This document shows positions 31,078-41,144 of a DNA stretch of 64,000 nucleotides, in pieces. The stretch is from positions 840,679 through 904,678 of the forward strand of contig JBFWJC010000001.1 in assembly GCA_050253415.1 (NCBI GenBank), written 5' to 3'. The stretch's first letter is position 1; each line of letters opens with the position of its first letter. Origin of the DNA: Pedobacter sp. Lineage in GTDB: Bacteria; Desulfobacterota; Desulfuromonadia; Desulfuromonadales; Syntrophotaleaceae. Under the pieces are notes generated by a model. That model was given only the letters and a program-made list of their open reading frames with translations. It ran no database searches and was not told where the DNA came from. The translations under genes were made by a program, and so were the position numbers.

Positions 31078-31105
31078 CAATATATATGGAAAAAACTATA
31101 TATTG
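31078..31105. promoter_or_regulatory. Palindromic operator overlapping the predicted promoter of the sulfur operon
   Basis: CAATATATA-N10-TATATATTG; minus-strand TTGCAA...TATATT promoter-like elements overlap it. Confidence 0.55.
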
Positions 31106-31525
31106 CAACCCCTATTTTATTAAAAAGGGCTGTCTTGGATGGTCAGTTGCTTTCCCTTGCGAAAAATATCCAGAAGCGAGGTCGTTTTCTTGCTCCGAAA
31201 GATCTAAAAACGTTCTCTGTGCGGGAAGTCGGGGGGGATGGTGGGAGAAGGATGTTTGGTCCTGGCTTGCGATGGGTGTCTCTTTAATAGCGGCCAGGGA
31301 GGTAGGGATAAGTGCCCTGGGCCTGGAGAGGATCCTCTAAATTACCTGTAGCTGGTGAGATAGGTGGTTAATTGACAGGAAGGGTGCTATTTTAAAGCCG
31401 AACATCAGGCTTTTCGGTCACGACCGGGCGGCATGTGTGGTTTCGTACGTATTATTCACACCATGACAATTATCTCTTCGCGCGGTCCTGTATGCCGGAT
31501 CGCTTTAATACAAGGATTTTGATCG

Positions 31526-32848
31526 ATGTCTTTTGATTCTCTTGGCCTGCGAGCCGAACTGCTCAGCGCCATCGCCACGCAAGGCTATACAAAGCCGACT
31601 CCCATTCAGAGCGAGGCGATACCGGTGATTTTCGAGGGCTGCGACTTGTTGGCGGGCGCCCAGACCGGTACCGGCAAGACGGCCGCGTTTGCCCTGCCGA
31701 TCGTACAGATGCTCAGTGAGGAGATCCCCAAGGAAAAGCGCAGACGCCCGCGCGCGTTGGTTTTGGTGCCGACCCGCGAATTGGCGGCCCAGGTCAGCGA
31801 GCAGATGCAGAATTACGGTCGCCGGCTGTCTCTGCGCTCTACCACGATTTACGGCGGGGTGAATATCCGGGCCCAGATCGAGCGTCTGCACCGTGGGGTC
31901 GATATCGTGGTGGCGACGCCGGGGCGTTTGCTCGATCACGCGGAGCGAGCCACGATCAACCTTACCCGGATCGAGTTTCTGGTGCTGGACGAGGCTGATC
32001 GTATGCTCGATCTGGGTTTCATCGATGACATTCTCAAGGTTGCCGAATATCTGCCGGCCCAGCGCCAGACCATGCTGTTTTCGGCAACCTATTCGCAGAG
32101 CATCAAACAGCTTGCCGACGAATTGCTCGACCAGCCGCGGCGCATCGAAGTGGCGCGCCGCAATATCGCTGCCGATGCGGTGACCCAGGCTGTTTACGCG
32201 GTGGAACGCAGCCGCAAGCGGGAGATGCTTTCGCATCTGATACGCAAAGGAGAGTGGAATCAGGTGCTGGTGTTTGCCCGCACCCGCTACGGCGCGGACA
32301 AGCTGACCGAGGAATTGCTGTTTGACGGGATCAAGGCCGCAGCCATTCACAGCAACAAGAGCCAGTCGGTTCGCACGCGGACCCTCGCGGAGTTCAAACG
32401 GGGCGAATTGCGTGTTCTGGTCGCGACCGACGTGGCGGCACGTGGACTCGACATTCAGCGCCTGCCGCATGTGGTGAATTACGACCTTCCCCAGGTCCCT
32501 GAAGATTATGTGCACCGCATCGGTCGCACCGGTCGTGCCGGTGAGGATGGGGTGGCCCTGTCGCTGGTCAGCCCGGCAGAGCAGCCGCAGCTGCTGGCAA
32601 TTGAAAAGCTGCTCAAGTATGCCATCCCGCGGCAGACGATTGCGGAATTTCCACAGATCGCGGTCAAGCGGGGGGTGAAGGCGAAGCCGGCTAAAAAGTC
32701 CACCGGAGGGTCCAGCCCGCGCAAAAAAACCTTTGAAGATCCGATCGATGCGGCGCTTGTCCCGCCAAAGCCCACCAAACAGCGGCGAAAAAAAGCTGTA
32801 ACCGAGCGCCCCGCTCCCAAGACCGGCCGTCGCGGGCGCAGGTCCTGA
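31526..32848 (+). CDS. rhlE: DEAD-box RNA helicase, RhlE-like
   Basis: Q motif, [41 protein letters not shown], basic tail. Confidence 0.9.
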   Translation: MSFDSLGLRAELLSAIATQGYTKPTPIQSEAIPVIFEGCDLLAGAQTGTGKTAAFALPIVQMLSEEIPKEKRRRPRALVLVPTRELAAQVSEQMQNYGRRLSLRSTTIYGGVNIRAQIERLHRGVDIVVATPGRLLDHAERATINLTRIEFLVLDEADRMLDLGFIDDILKVAEYLPAQRQTMLFSATYSQSIKQLADELLDQPRRIEVARRNIAADAVTQAVYAVERSRKREMLSHLIRKGEWNQVLVFARTRYGADKLTEELLFDGIKAAAIHSNKSQSVRTRTLAEFKRGELRVLVATDVAARGLDIQRLPHVVNYDLPQVPEDYVHRIGRTGRAGEDGVALSLVSPAEQPQLLAIEKLLKYAIPRQTIAEFPQIAVKRGVKAKPAKKSTGGSSPRKKTFEDPIDAALVPPKPTKQRRKKAVTERPAPKTGRRGRRS

Positions 32849-32904
32849 CCCGTGGGGTTTTACAGTAGCCCAGACTATAGACAACGTGCAGGGGAGGGAC
32901 GGCA

Positions 32905-33612
32905 TTGGAACATCCGCAAAAAGACAACCGCCCGAGCAAGAAGCATCAGCCGCGAGGGTTGCCTGTCCTGCATGAGGACAAGGATATCATTGTGGTGGAA
33001 AAGCCTGCCGGACTGCTGACCGTCGGCACCGAGCGGGATAAGTCGCGAACCGCCCACTATTTGCTCAACGATTATGTCCGCAAGGGCAATCCCAAATCGC
33101 GAAACCGGGTGTACGTGGTCCATCGCCTGGATCAGGATACTTCCGGGATTTTGATTTTCGCCAAAAGCGAACAGGCCAAAAAGTTTTTGCAGGAGCATTG
33201 GGAGCAGACCGAGAAGCATTACCTGGCCATTGTTCATGGCCAGTTGATTCCCAAAGAGGGCATGATTTCCAGCTATCTGGTCGAGAATGCCGCCCAGCGG
33301 GTCTATTCGACCCCCGATGCCGCCAAGGGAAAGCTTTCACAAACGGCCTACAAGGTATTGAAAGAGAGCAAGGGATTCAGCCTGGTGGATATTCCTCTCC
33401 TCACCGGGCGCAAGCACCAGATCCGCGTGCATTTCGCTGAAAAAGGCCATCCGGTGGCGGGGGACAGGAAATACGGCAACGGCGACCATGGTGCAAAACG
33501 GCTCGCCCTGCATGCCCGTTCGATCTCCTTTATTCACCCCTTCAGTGGCAAGCAGATGAATTTCGATACCGGCGTGCCGGAGGATTTTGCGCGGTTGATC
33601 GGTAAGATGTAG
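32905..33612 (+). CDS. RluA-family pseudouridine synthase
   Basis: KPAGLL, VHRLDQDTSG, TGRKHQIRVH, HPVAGD.KY, LALHA. Confidence 0.93.
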   Translation: MEHPQKDNRPSKKHQPRGLPVLHEDKDIIVVEKPAGLLTVGTERDKSRTAHYLLNDYVRKGNPKSRNRVYVVHRLDQDTSGILIFAKSEQAKKFLQEHWEQTEKHYLAIVHGQLIPKEGMISSYLVENAAQRVYSTPDAAKGKLSQTAYKVLKESKGFSLVDIPLLTGRKHQIRVHFAEKGHPVAGDRKYGNGDHGAKRLALHARSISFIHPFSGKQMNFDTGVPEDFARLIGKM

Positions 33613-33635
33613 CCGTTTTCAGGTGGGAAACCAGG

Positions 33636-33664
33636 AACGGGGCGGGCAAAAAGCCCGCCCCGTT
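33636..33664. terminator. Hairpin terminator between convergent genes
   Basis: AACGGGGCGGGC-AAAAA-GCCCGCCCCGTT. Confidence 0.65.
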
Positions 33665-33666
33665 GA

Positions 33667-33771
33667 TTATTTTTTCCCCGCTTTTTTGATCTTTTTCTCT
33701 GCTTTTTTTTCTTTCATGGTTTTAGCCGGTTCTTTTTTGTCTGACTTTTTGCTGTCCATGCCCTTGGCCAT
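33667..33771 (-). CDS. Small lysine-rich protein (34 aa)
   Basis: Manual translation MAKGMDSKKSDKKEPAKTMKEKKAEKKIKKAGKK; AAGGAG RBS; terminator directly after the stop. Confidence 0.75.
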   Translation of the reverse strand: MAKGMDSKKSDKKEPAKTMKEKKAEKKIKKAGKK

Positions 33772-33976
33772 GTTTTTCTCCTTGTTTACGTGGTTGGTAT
33801 GCTGGCCTGACACAAAATACGTGACAGTCTACCACGCCCTTGTTTTCAGAGAACGATATTTCGGTTATAGATGCAATTTAGCAGGCGGCGAGCTTGGCAG
33901 TCCGTAAAGTAAGGCTTTCACACCTTTATCAGCGAGCACTAGGCCCATCCGGAACTCTCCCTGATAAGAGGCTTTT

Positions 33977-34633
33977 TTAAAGCCGCTCGGCAAGCAATAA
34001 GCGGTTTTTCGGCGTGATGTCGTGCGGAATGGTTTGCGTGATGACCTTGTAGCCTCGCAGGCGCAGCCGCGCCACCCGGGTGGCGTCCATCGCCAGCGGG
34101 CCATCCATCCACCCCTGCAAGTCTCCCATATCCCCATCGTCCAGGTTGTGGCAGCACGGCAGCACCGCGACCCTGGCGCCAGCGTCCATGGCCCTGTCCA
34201 GTACCAGGTCGGTAAGCTCGCCGCAGGCATGTACGGACACCACCAGGTCGTCCGGGGTAAGTGCAATCTGCTCGATGTTGCATTGCTCAAACCGCACCCG
34301 CCCCATCAGCTTGGGCCATGCTGCCTCAAATGAGGCAGCCAGGGTGGCGGCACTCGCCGGCAGGTGCAGATCGACGGCCAACGCTTGCGGGGAACTGTTG
34401 TCGAGCAACAACAGCGTGGTGGCCAGCAGGCCATGCCCGCAAGCCAGATCAACCACTCGCCCGCCGCGAAATCGGCGTCGCACCCGGCGAGCCACCTCCC
34501 AGGCTTCGTAGAGTTCTTTGCGTGGCAGGCAACCGGCATGACAGACGGCGCAGGCGATGCGATCAAACAGAGAGTCGCCGTTGAAATGGGAGAGGTGCCG
34601 ATGGTTGAGACGATTGCGGGATGAGCGGTTCAT
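33977..34633 (-). CDS. SAM-dependent methyltransferase (Methyltransf_32-like)
   Basis: VVDLACGHGLL, VHACG.LTD, LPCCH, TPKNR. Confidence 0.85.
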   Translation of the reverse strand: MNRSSRNRLNHRHLSHFNGDSLFDRIACAVCHAGCLPRKELYEAWEVARRVRRRFRGGRVVDLACGHGLLATTLLLLDNSSPQALAVDLHLPASAATLAASFEAAWPKLMGRVRFEQCNIEQIALTPDDLVVSVHACGELTDLVLDRAMDAGARVAVLPCCHNLDDGDMGDLQGWMDGPLAMDATRVARLRLRGYKVITQTIPHDITPKNRLLLAERL

Positions 34634-34729
34634 GGCGGGCTCCTGGGCAGGTCCTTTGAAGGAACGGGTTAAAGCCGCAGGATGCCAGCCTCGTCCATTT
34701 ATTTAGTCGCTTAACTTCATAGTGAGGAT

Positions 34730-35398
34730 TTACGGTTTTTTGGCCACCCAGACGGCGTGGCGGTAGCCGCCCTTGCCGGGTCTCTCGCAGCGGACCCTGA
34801 ATCCGGCAGCGGCAAGGCGCTCTACAAAACCGGCATCGGGGTTTTCTCCCCAGATCGCGAAGGTGCCTCCGGGTTTGAGGGCGGTGCGGGTGCGTTCGAT
34901 GGCGCGGCTGCCGTAGATCGGGTCGCCGCGTTTGTCGGTCTTGGGGTGCGGCCCGCGATACAGATCGAGGATGATGGCATCGAAACTCTCGCCGGGTGTC
35001 TGGCGGATCAGTTCGGCGACGTCGGAAATCTCTACCGTGACGCGCGGGTCTCCGGCGGCACCGTCGGTCAGTTCGGCCAGCGGTCCGAGGCACCACTCGT
35101 GGATTTTGGGGTTAAGCTCGGCCACCACGACCCGGGCGGTTGCAGGCAAGGCGTCGAGCACCGCCCGCAGGGTGATGGCCATGCCCAGTCCGCCGACCAA
35201 TACCCGGGGAGCGGGATGGTTCTGCAATCCTTCGCAGCCGAGTTGACCGAGGGCGATTTCGGAGCGTTGCGCCTTGCTGTTCATCAGCACCTGCGGGCCC
35301 ACGGTGATGAGATAATCCCCTTTGCCGCGCTGGCGCAGTTCAAGGACCCCTTCGTCTTCGGTGGTGAAACGATCGAGCGTTTTCCAGGGCAGTGCCAT
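34730..35398 (-). CDS. Spermidine-synthase-like methyltransferase-fold protein
   Basis: LMNS, RVLVGGLGMA.TL, VAEL, FDAIILD. Confidence 0.82.
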   Translation of the reverse strand: MALPWKTLDRFTTEDEGVLELRQRGKGDYLITVGPQVLMNSKAQRSEIALGQLGCEGLQNHPAPRVLVGGLGMAITLRAVLDALPATARVVVAELNPKIHEWCLGPLAELTDGAAGDPRVTVEISDVAELIRQTPGESFDAIILDLYRGPHPKTDKRGDPIYGSRAIERTRTALKPGGTFAIWGENPDAGFVERLAAAGFRVRCERPGKGGYRHAVWVAKKP

Positions 35399-35421
35399 GG
35401 CAGTTTCCTCGTATTAAATAT

Positions 35422-35451
35422 AAAAAGGCGCCTGCGGGGTAGGCAGGCGCC
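35422..35451 (-). terminator. Intrinsic terminator after the ABC-F gene
   Basis: GGCGCCTGC...GCAGGCGCC with T5 on the minus strand. Confidence 0.65.
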
Positions 35452-35466
35452 GTCGGTCGTTTGTCG

Positions 35467-37101
35467 TTACAGGGTCAGGCTGGCTTCGCCCTGGAAGTGT
35501 TCTTCCCTGACTTTTGCGACTTCGGTGCTTTCCAGGTATTCGTCAAAGGTCATGGTCCGCTCGATGAAACCGGCGGGAGTGAACTCGACGATCCGGTTGG
35601 CGACCGTGGACAGGAACTTGTGGTCGTGGCTGGCGAACAGGATCACCTCCGGGTAGGCGATCAGCCCTTCGTTGAGGGCGGTGATCGATTCGAGGTCGAG
35701 GTGGTTGGTCGGCTCGTCGAACACCAGCACGTTGGCTGCGGTGAGCATCATTTTTGCCAGCATGCAGCGGACCTTCTCGCCTCCGGACAGGACGCTGGAC
35801 TGCTTGGTCGCCTCTTCGCCTGAGAACAGCATGCGGCCGAGAAAGCCGCGGGCAAAGCTCTCCCCTTCGGTGGGAGCGAACTGGCGCAGCCACTCGATGA
35901 GGTTCAGGTCGTTTTCGAAATAGCGGCGGTTCTCCTTGGGGAAGTACGCCGAAGTGATGGTGACCCCGAAGCGGAAGCTGCCGCTGTCCGGTTCGAGTTC
36001 CCCGGCCAGGATCTGGAACAGGGTGGTCTTGGTCTGGCTGTCGCCACCGACAAACGCGATCTTGTCGCCCTTGTTGACGGTCAGGCTGAAGTTGTCCAGC
36101 ACCTTGACCCCGTCGACGGTTTTGCTCAGATCCTTGATCTCGAGAATGATATCGCCGCAGGGGCGCTCCGGCTTGAATACCACAAACGGGTATTTGCGCG
36201 AGGAGACCGGCATGTCTTCAAAAGTGAGTTTTTCCAGCAGCTTTTTGCGCGAGGTTGCCTGCTTGGCCTTGGAGGCGTTGGAACTGAAGCGCTGGATAAA
36301 CTCTTTCAGTTCATTGGCTTTCTCGGTGACCTTGCGGTTTTCTTCCTGCTTCTGCTTCAGCACCAGCTGGCTGGCCTCGTACCAGAAGTCGTAATTGCCG
36401 ACATACACCGTGATTTTGCCGAAGTCGATATCGGCCACGTGGGTGCAGACCTGGTTGAGAAAGTGGCGGTCATGGGATACGACGATGACCGTGTTCTGGA
36501 AGCGGGACAGGAATTCCTCCAGCCAGCCGATCGATTTGAGATCCAGATGGTTGGTCGGTTCGTCGAGCAACAGGATGTCGGGGTTGCCGAACAGGGCCTG
36601 GGCAAGCAGCACGCGGACCTTTTCGCCGCCTTCGAGTTCCTTCATCTTTTTATGACGCAGTTCTTCGGGGATGCCCAGACCGTTAAGCAGGACCGCCGCC
36701 TCCGACTCGGCTTCGTAGCCGTTCATTTCGGAAAATTCGGCCTCCAGTTCGCCAGAGCGGATGCCGTCTTCTTCGGTGAAATCCCCTTTGGAGTAGATCG
36801 CTTCGCGCTCGGCCATGATCTCGTAGAGGCGCTGGTGCCCCATCATGACGGTGTTGAAGACCGTTTCTTCGTCGAAGGCGAAATGATCCTGGCGCAGCAT
36901 GGCGATCCGCTCGCCGGAACCGACCGATACCTCGCCTTTGTCCGGCTCGATTTCCCCTGACAGGATTTTAAGAAAGGTCGATTTCCCGGCGCCGTTAGCG
37001 CCGATAAGGCCATAGCAGTTTCCGGGGATGAACTTGATGTTGACGTCTTTGAAAATGACCCTCTTACCGTAAGCGAGGGCCACGTTGTTGGCGCTGATCA
37101 T
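35467..37101 (-). CDS. ABC-F family ATP-binding protein (YbiT/YkpA-like translation factor)
   Basis: Two ABC domains and no TM segment: GANGAGKST, LLLDEPTNHLD, VSHDRHFL, LSGGEK, FDEPTNHLD. Confidence 0.93.
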   Translation of the reverse strand: MISANNVALAYGKRVIFKDVNIKFIPGNCYGLIGANGAGKSTFLKILSGEIEPDKGEVSVGSGERIAMLRQDHFAFDEETVFNTVMMGHQRLYEIMAEREAIYSKGDFTEEDGIRSGELEAEFSEMNGYEAESEAAVLLNGLGIPEELRHKKMKELEGGEKVRVLLAQALFGNPDILLLDEPTNHLDLKSIGWLEEFLSRFQNTVIVVSHDRHFLNQVCTHVADIDFGKITVYVGNYDFWYEASQLVLKQKQEENRKVTEKANELKEFIQRFSSNASKAKQATSRKKLLEKLTFEDMPVSSRKYPFVVFKPERPCGDIILEIKDLSKTVDGVKVLDNFSLTVNKGDKIAFVGGDSQTKTTLFQILAGELEPDSGSFRFGVTITSAYFPKENRRYFENDLNLIEWLRQFAPTEGESFARGFLGRMLFSGEEATKQSSVLSGGEKVRCMLAKMMLTAANVLVFDEPTNHLDLESITALNEGLIAYPEVILFASHDHKFLSTVANRIVEFTPAGFIERTMTFDEYLESTEVAKVREEHFQGEASLTL

Positions 37102-37538
37102 AGGTGCACTGTTTCCTTTTTCTGATAACTTGAAATCGTAAGTTCGGGGTGCGTAAGGTGTTTTTGCGCGGCCGAACTTCGCGTGGGTATGGACAAATAA
37201 AAAACCACAGGGGTGATCCTGTGGTTCACGCAGATGCTTCCTTATACCATTTAAGGCCTGTCGGCAGCAAGCCCGGTCTCCATTTTTGGACACGAGGCAG
37301 ATTCCGTAACACCAGAAAAGCGCACGGATATTTTCCTCATGTCCGGGTTTATTCCTTGAGAGTCCGCGTTACTATGCTCTTGAGCCTACGGGGGGAGGGT
37401 GTTAACCTCTGGATTTGTTTGGTTCAAATCGCACTATGGATAGGGGAAAAGCCTGCATCCAAGGCACGGTTAAGCAGTGGCTTGGCAGGCGAAGTCCGCT
37501 CCGAAAAGCACGCAATTCGGGAAACAGGCTGAAAAGAG

Positions 37539-38192
37539 ATGAAATCCACAAGCGATGGTACCTGTTGCCCTTTGTGCGGCAGTGAAAATACAGGGTTGTT
37601 TTACGCGGATAAAAAACGTGTCTATTTAAGCTGCACCGGTTGCGAACTGGTGTTTGTCCCCGCAACATACTGGCTTAGCGCCCAAGAAGAAAGGGCAACC
37701 TATGACCTGCATCAAAATGATGTGCGGGATCATGGCTATCGCCGATTCCTGTCGCGGTTAAGCAAGCCACTGCTGGAGAGACTTGATCCTCACCAACAGG
37801 GGCTTGATTTCGGCTGCGGTCCCGGTCCGGCCCTGTCGGTGCTGTTGCAGGAGCAAGGCCATCAGGTGGATCTCTATGATCCGTTTTTTTTCCCGGACGG
37901 CTCGGTTTTCGAAAAGGAATACGACTTTATCTGTGCAACCGAAGTTGTCGAACATCTGCACGATCCCGATAAAGCATTCTCCGCACTTTTCAGGATGTTG
38001 AAAAAAGGCGGCTGGCTTGCTGTCATGACAAAAATGGTGATTGACCAGCAAGCTTTCAGCCAATGGCACTATATTCGCGATATGACGCATATTTGTTTTT
38101 ATAGTAAAGGTACCTTTGAATACCTTGCCAAACGCTTCCATGCCCAATTGGAATTCGTGGCCAAAGATGTGATTCTTTTTCACAAGAAGTAG
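37539..38192 (+). CDS. Class I SAM methyltransferase with N-terminal Zn ribbon
   Basis: CPLC...C.GC, LDFGCGPG, TEVVEH, THI.FYS. Confidence 0.88.
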   Translation: MKSTSDGTCCPLCGSENTGLFYADKKRVYLSCTGCELVFVPATYWLSAQEERATYDLHQNDVRDHGYRRFLSRLSKPLLERLDPHQQGLDFGCGPGPALSVLLQEQGHQVDLYDPFFFPDGSVFEKEYDFICATEVVEHLHDPDKAFSALFRMLKKGGWLAVMTKMVIDQQAFSQWHYIRDMTHICFYSKGTFEYLAKRFHAQLEFVAKDVILFHKK

Positions 38193-38245
38193 GCCGGGGT
38201 CTGTGGCGCGTGATCTTGTCAGCCGAAGATATGAAGGAGTGCGGG

Positions 38246-38683
38246 ATGGATGAATTTATGCAAGCCGCCATAGAGGAAGCCAAAAAGGGGTTAGCCGAGA
38301 ATGGCATTCCTATCGGGGCGGTATTGGTGATTGACGGAAAAATCAGAGGACGGGGCCACAATCAGCGGGTTCAGAAAAGCAGTGTCGTGCTGCATGCAGA
38401 AATGGACTGTCTGGAAAACGCCGGTCGCCTGCGGGCGTCCGATTATAAACGGGCCACACTCTATACCACCTTATCCCCCTGTGCGATGTGCAGCGGCGCC
38501 ATCCTGCTTTACGGCATTCCAGAAGTCGTGATAGGCGAGAACCAAACTTTCCAGGGACCGGAGGAACATTTGCGGTCCAACGGGGTAAAATTGGTTTTGA
38601 TGGATAGTTCTGAATGCAAGGATCTTATGGATCAATTCATAAGGGAAAAACCTGTACTTTGGAATGAAGATATCGGCGAATGA
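38246..38683 (+). CDS. Zn-dependent nucleoside/cytosine deaminase (yeast Fcy1-like)
   Basis: PIGAVL, HAEMDCLENAG, TLSPCAMC, WNEDIG. Confidence 0.9.
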   Translation: MDEFMQAAIEEAKKGLAENGIPIGAVLVIDGKIRGRGHNQRVQKSSVVLHAEMDCLENAGRLRASDYKRATLYTTLSPCAMCSGAILLYGIPEVVIGENQTFQGPEEHLRSNGVKLVLMDSSECKDLMDQFIREKPVLWNEDIGE

Positions 38684-38738
38684 GAAGGCCGATGGATAAA
38701 ACGCTCTCATCGTGTCTGATACCGACAGGAGTTCTACG

Positions 38739-39581
38739 ATGAACTGGCAGAAGGATCAACGTAGCGAGGATTTTCCTTTACGGTCCCGGTGGCGGATGGT
38801 TCTGCACGAGGTGATATTCGAGGCCGATACCCCGGCCGGCAAGGGTTTTGACGTGTTGCTCATCGCCAGCATCCTGGCCAGCGTCGCGGCGGTGATGCTC
38901 GATAGCATGGGGGCTGTGCGCTTACAGTATGGGCGCCTGCTCTACGGAATTGAATGGTTTTTCACCCTGCTGTTTACCGTCGAGTACCTGTTGCGTCTTT
39001 TATGTGTCGGCAAGCCGCTTAAATACGCCGTAAGTTTTTACGGGGTGGTCGATCTGCTGGCGATTATTCCGACCTATCTCAGCCTGATCCTGCCGGGTAC
39101 CCAGTATCTGGTGGTTATCCGTATTCTGCGAATCCTGCGTATCTTCCGTATCCTTAAACTGGTGCCCTATCTCGGCGAGGCGCGACTTCTGCTGCATGCG
39201 TTACGGGCGAGCGGGCGTAAAATAGCCGTGTTTCTTTACACGGTGCTCACCCTGGTGGTCATTTTCGGGTCATTGATGTACGTCATTGAGAGCACGACGG
39301 AAGGGTTTACCAGCATCCCTCGCAGTATCTACTGGACCATCGTCACCCTGACCACCGTCGGATACGGCGACATCTCACCGCAAACCGCCCTCGGCCAAGG
39401 TCTGGCCTCGGTGATCATGATCCTCGGCTACGGCATCATCGCCGTGCCGACAGGTATTGTAACGGTGGAGATGTCGCAGGCCTTTCGCCACAAGGTGTCG
39501 ACGCAGGCTTGTCCGGAGTGCAGCGCCGAAGGACACGACGATGACGCGCGCCACTGCAAGTATTGCGGGGCTGAACTCTAA
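38739..39581 (+). CDS. Voltage-gated potassium channel / ion transporter
   Basis: S4 RILRILRIFRILKL, pore TLTTVGYGD, C-terminal CPEC...C.YCG. Confidence 0.93.
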   Translation: MNWQKDQRSEDFPLRSRWRMVLHEVIFEADTPAGKGFDVLLIASILASVAAVMLDSMGAVRLQYGRLLYGIEWFFTLLFTVEYLLRLLCVGKPLKYAVSFYGVVDLLAIIPTYLSLILPGTQYLVVIRILRILRIFRILKLVPYLGEARLLLHALRASGRKIAVFLYTVLTLVVIFGSLMYVIESTTEGFTSIPRSIYWTIVTLTTVGYGDISPQTALGQGLASVIMILGYGIIAVPTGIVTVEMSQAFRHKVSTQACPECSAEGHDDDARHCKYCGAEL

Positions 39582-40603
39582 AAAAGTCCGGTCGATAGCT
39601 GCTCAGGGGTGTATATGGTGACTCTGTTGCGGCCGGCGTTTTTCGAGGCATACATCGCCCTGTCGGCCGTGGTAACAAATTCAGAAAGCATCCTGTCGCG
39701 CGCAAGTGTATTCCCGGGTTCGATATAATCGCTGACCCCGAAGCTGGCGGTTATCTTTATCGGGCCTTTTCCGGAATCAACGACCGTCTCTTGTATCTTA
39801 TTTCTCAATCGTTCAGCGACGGCAGCCGCTTCTGCAGCAGGGGTTTCGCACAGCAGGACGATAAATTCCTCTCCGCCATAGCGGGCCGGTATGTCGGTAG
39901 CCCTGATGAGTTCCCTTGTTGCTTTTGCAACCATTTTCAAGGTCAGATCCCCGTAGTTATGCCCGAAGGTGTCATTGACCCACTTGAAATGGTCGATATC
40001 GAAGGCCATGACCGACAGGGGGTGGGAGTATCGCAGGGCCCTGCCGATCATATCTCTCGCCAGTTTATTGAAATGTCTTCGATTATGCAGTCCGGTCAGC
40101 GCATCGGTCAGCGCCAGTCGTTTCAATTTTTCCTTGCTGCTGCGCAGGGCCGCTTCGGTTTGCTTTCTGGCATCGATCTCCCTGAGCAGGTCCTCGTTGG
40201 CTTGACTCAATTCCGATTTTTTGTTCACGAGTTCCGTCAATGTTCGGTCAAGCTGTATAACCATGGCATTGAATGACTCGGCAAACTCCCCCATGAAATC
40301 CACGCGCTGAGAAAAGTCGCCGGATGCGACCATCTTGGTCTGCCATGTCATATGCTTAAGGTGCGACTGAAGGGTCTTGAGGGTGCCACCGATAAAACCT
40401 TTTAGGGAAACCTCTTTTGACAGGTCGCCATTTGATGCCAAATAGAGAAAATCCCGGAGAGAAACAAGGTTGTTGTATAAGGTCCGAAAGGACGGGACGG
40501 ATGCCAGGTGATCGGGGATCTCGGGCGGATTGCTGAGTGTAAGGACATCCAGCAACAGCCGTGAAAGGTCATCCGCCAGGTTGTGTTCATTTTCAATCGA
40601 CAT
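39578..40603 (-). CDS. Cytoplasmic diguanylate cyclase (HAMP-like, coiled coil, GGEEF)
   Basis: TDALTGLHNRR, DIDHFK.VND.FGH, RATD (RxxD I-site) RYGGEEF. Confidence 0.92.
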   Translation of the reverse strand: MSIENEHNLADDLSRLLLDVLTLSNPPEIPDHLASVPSFRTLYNNLVSLRDFLYLASNGDLSKEVSLKGFIGGTLKTLQSHLKHMTWQTKMVASGDFSQRVDFMGEFAESFNAMVIQLDRTLTELVNKKSELSQANEDLLREIDARKQTEAALRSSKEKLKRLALTDALTGLHNRRHFNKLARDMIGRALRYSHPLSVMAFDIDHFKWVNDTFGHNYGDLTLKMVAKATRELIRATDIPARYGGEEFIVLLCETPAAEAAAVAERLRNKIQETVVDSGKGPIKITASFGVSDYIEPGNTLARDRMLSEFVTTADRAMYASKNAGRNRVTIYTPEQLSTGLF

Positions 40604-40625
40604 TCAGGTCCCGGATTTACAGAAT

Positions 40626-41144
40626 TTATTTGATGATGTCAGCGGCGAACCGGCATGTTCTGTCTCCGGTACTCCAGCAGTCAATTTCTTTGACCTTGAA
40701 TGAACTGCCGGTAAAGCTCTCGAGCAGACCGGCAATGAATCCTTCGTCATAGGTGCAGGTTTCATAGCCGAGGTCGGGGAGCCCGGAGCAATCCAGATCT
40801 TCCGAAATGGTCAGGACCAAAGAGCCTTTGTCCATGTCGGCTTCCTCGATACGCAGTACGCCGATGCCCATGTCCCGGAGCGTATCCTGGAGAGTCTTTA
40901 GGAAGACGTTGAAATCTTTGATGTCTGGAAAAAGATTTTTATAAAATTCAACGCCTGCCAGTTTGCCGGATTCATAGAATATCCGGTCGGTTTTATCCGT
41001 CCCAAGATGCTGTTCCATAACATCCCTGAAAGCAAACTGCATCAGCCGATAGGATTCAAGACGGGTCTTGTTGCCAAGATTAGGTCGGCCACTCGACATG
41101 TCGCCTAAAAGCTCCCAGGAAAACCGGTATTTTCGATCCGTCAT
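40626..41144 (-). CDS. Stand-alone V4R-domain protein
   Basis: GIG.L, EDLDCSGLP, C.YDEGFIAG, EIDCW.TGD..C.F. Confidence 0.88.
   Translation of the reverse strand: MTDRKYRFSWELLGDMSSGRPNLGNKTRLESYRLMQFAFRDVMEQHLGTDKTDRIFYESGKLAGVEFYKNLFPDIKDFNVFLKTLQDTLRDMGIGVLRIEEADMDKGSLVLTISEDLDCSGLPDLGYETCTYDEGFIAGLLESFTGSSFKVKEIDCWSTGDRTCRFAADIIK

Noticed and set aside
31505..32905. 466-aa ORF on the - strand (likewise 45426-46745 and 34757-35656)
   Set aside because: Antisense shadows of well-supported genes.
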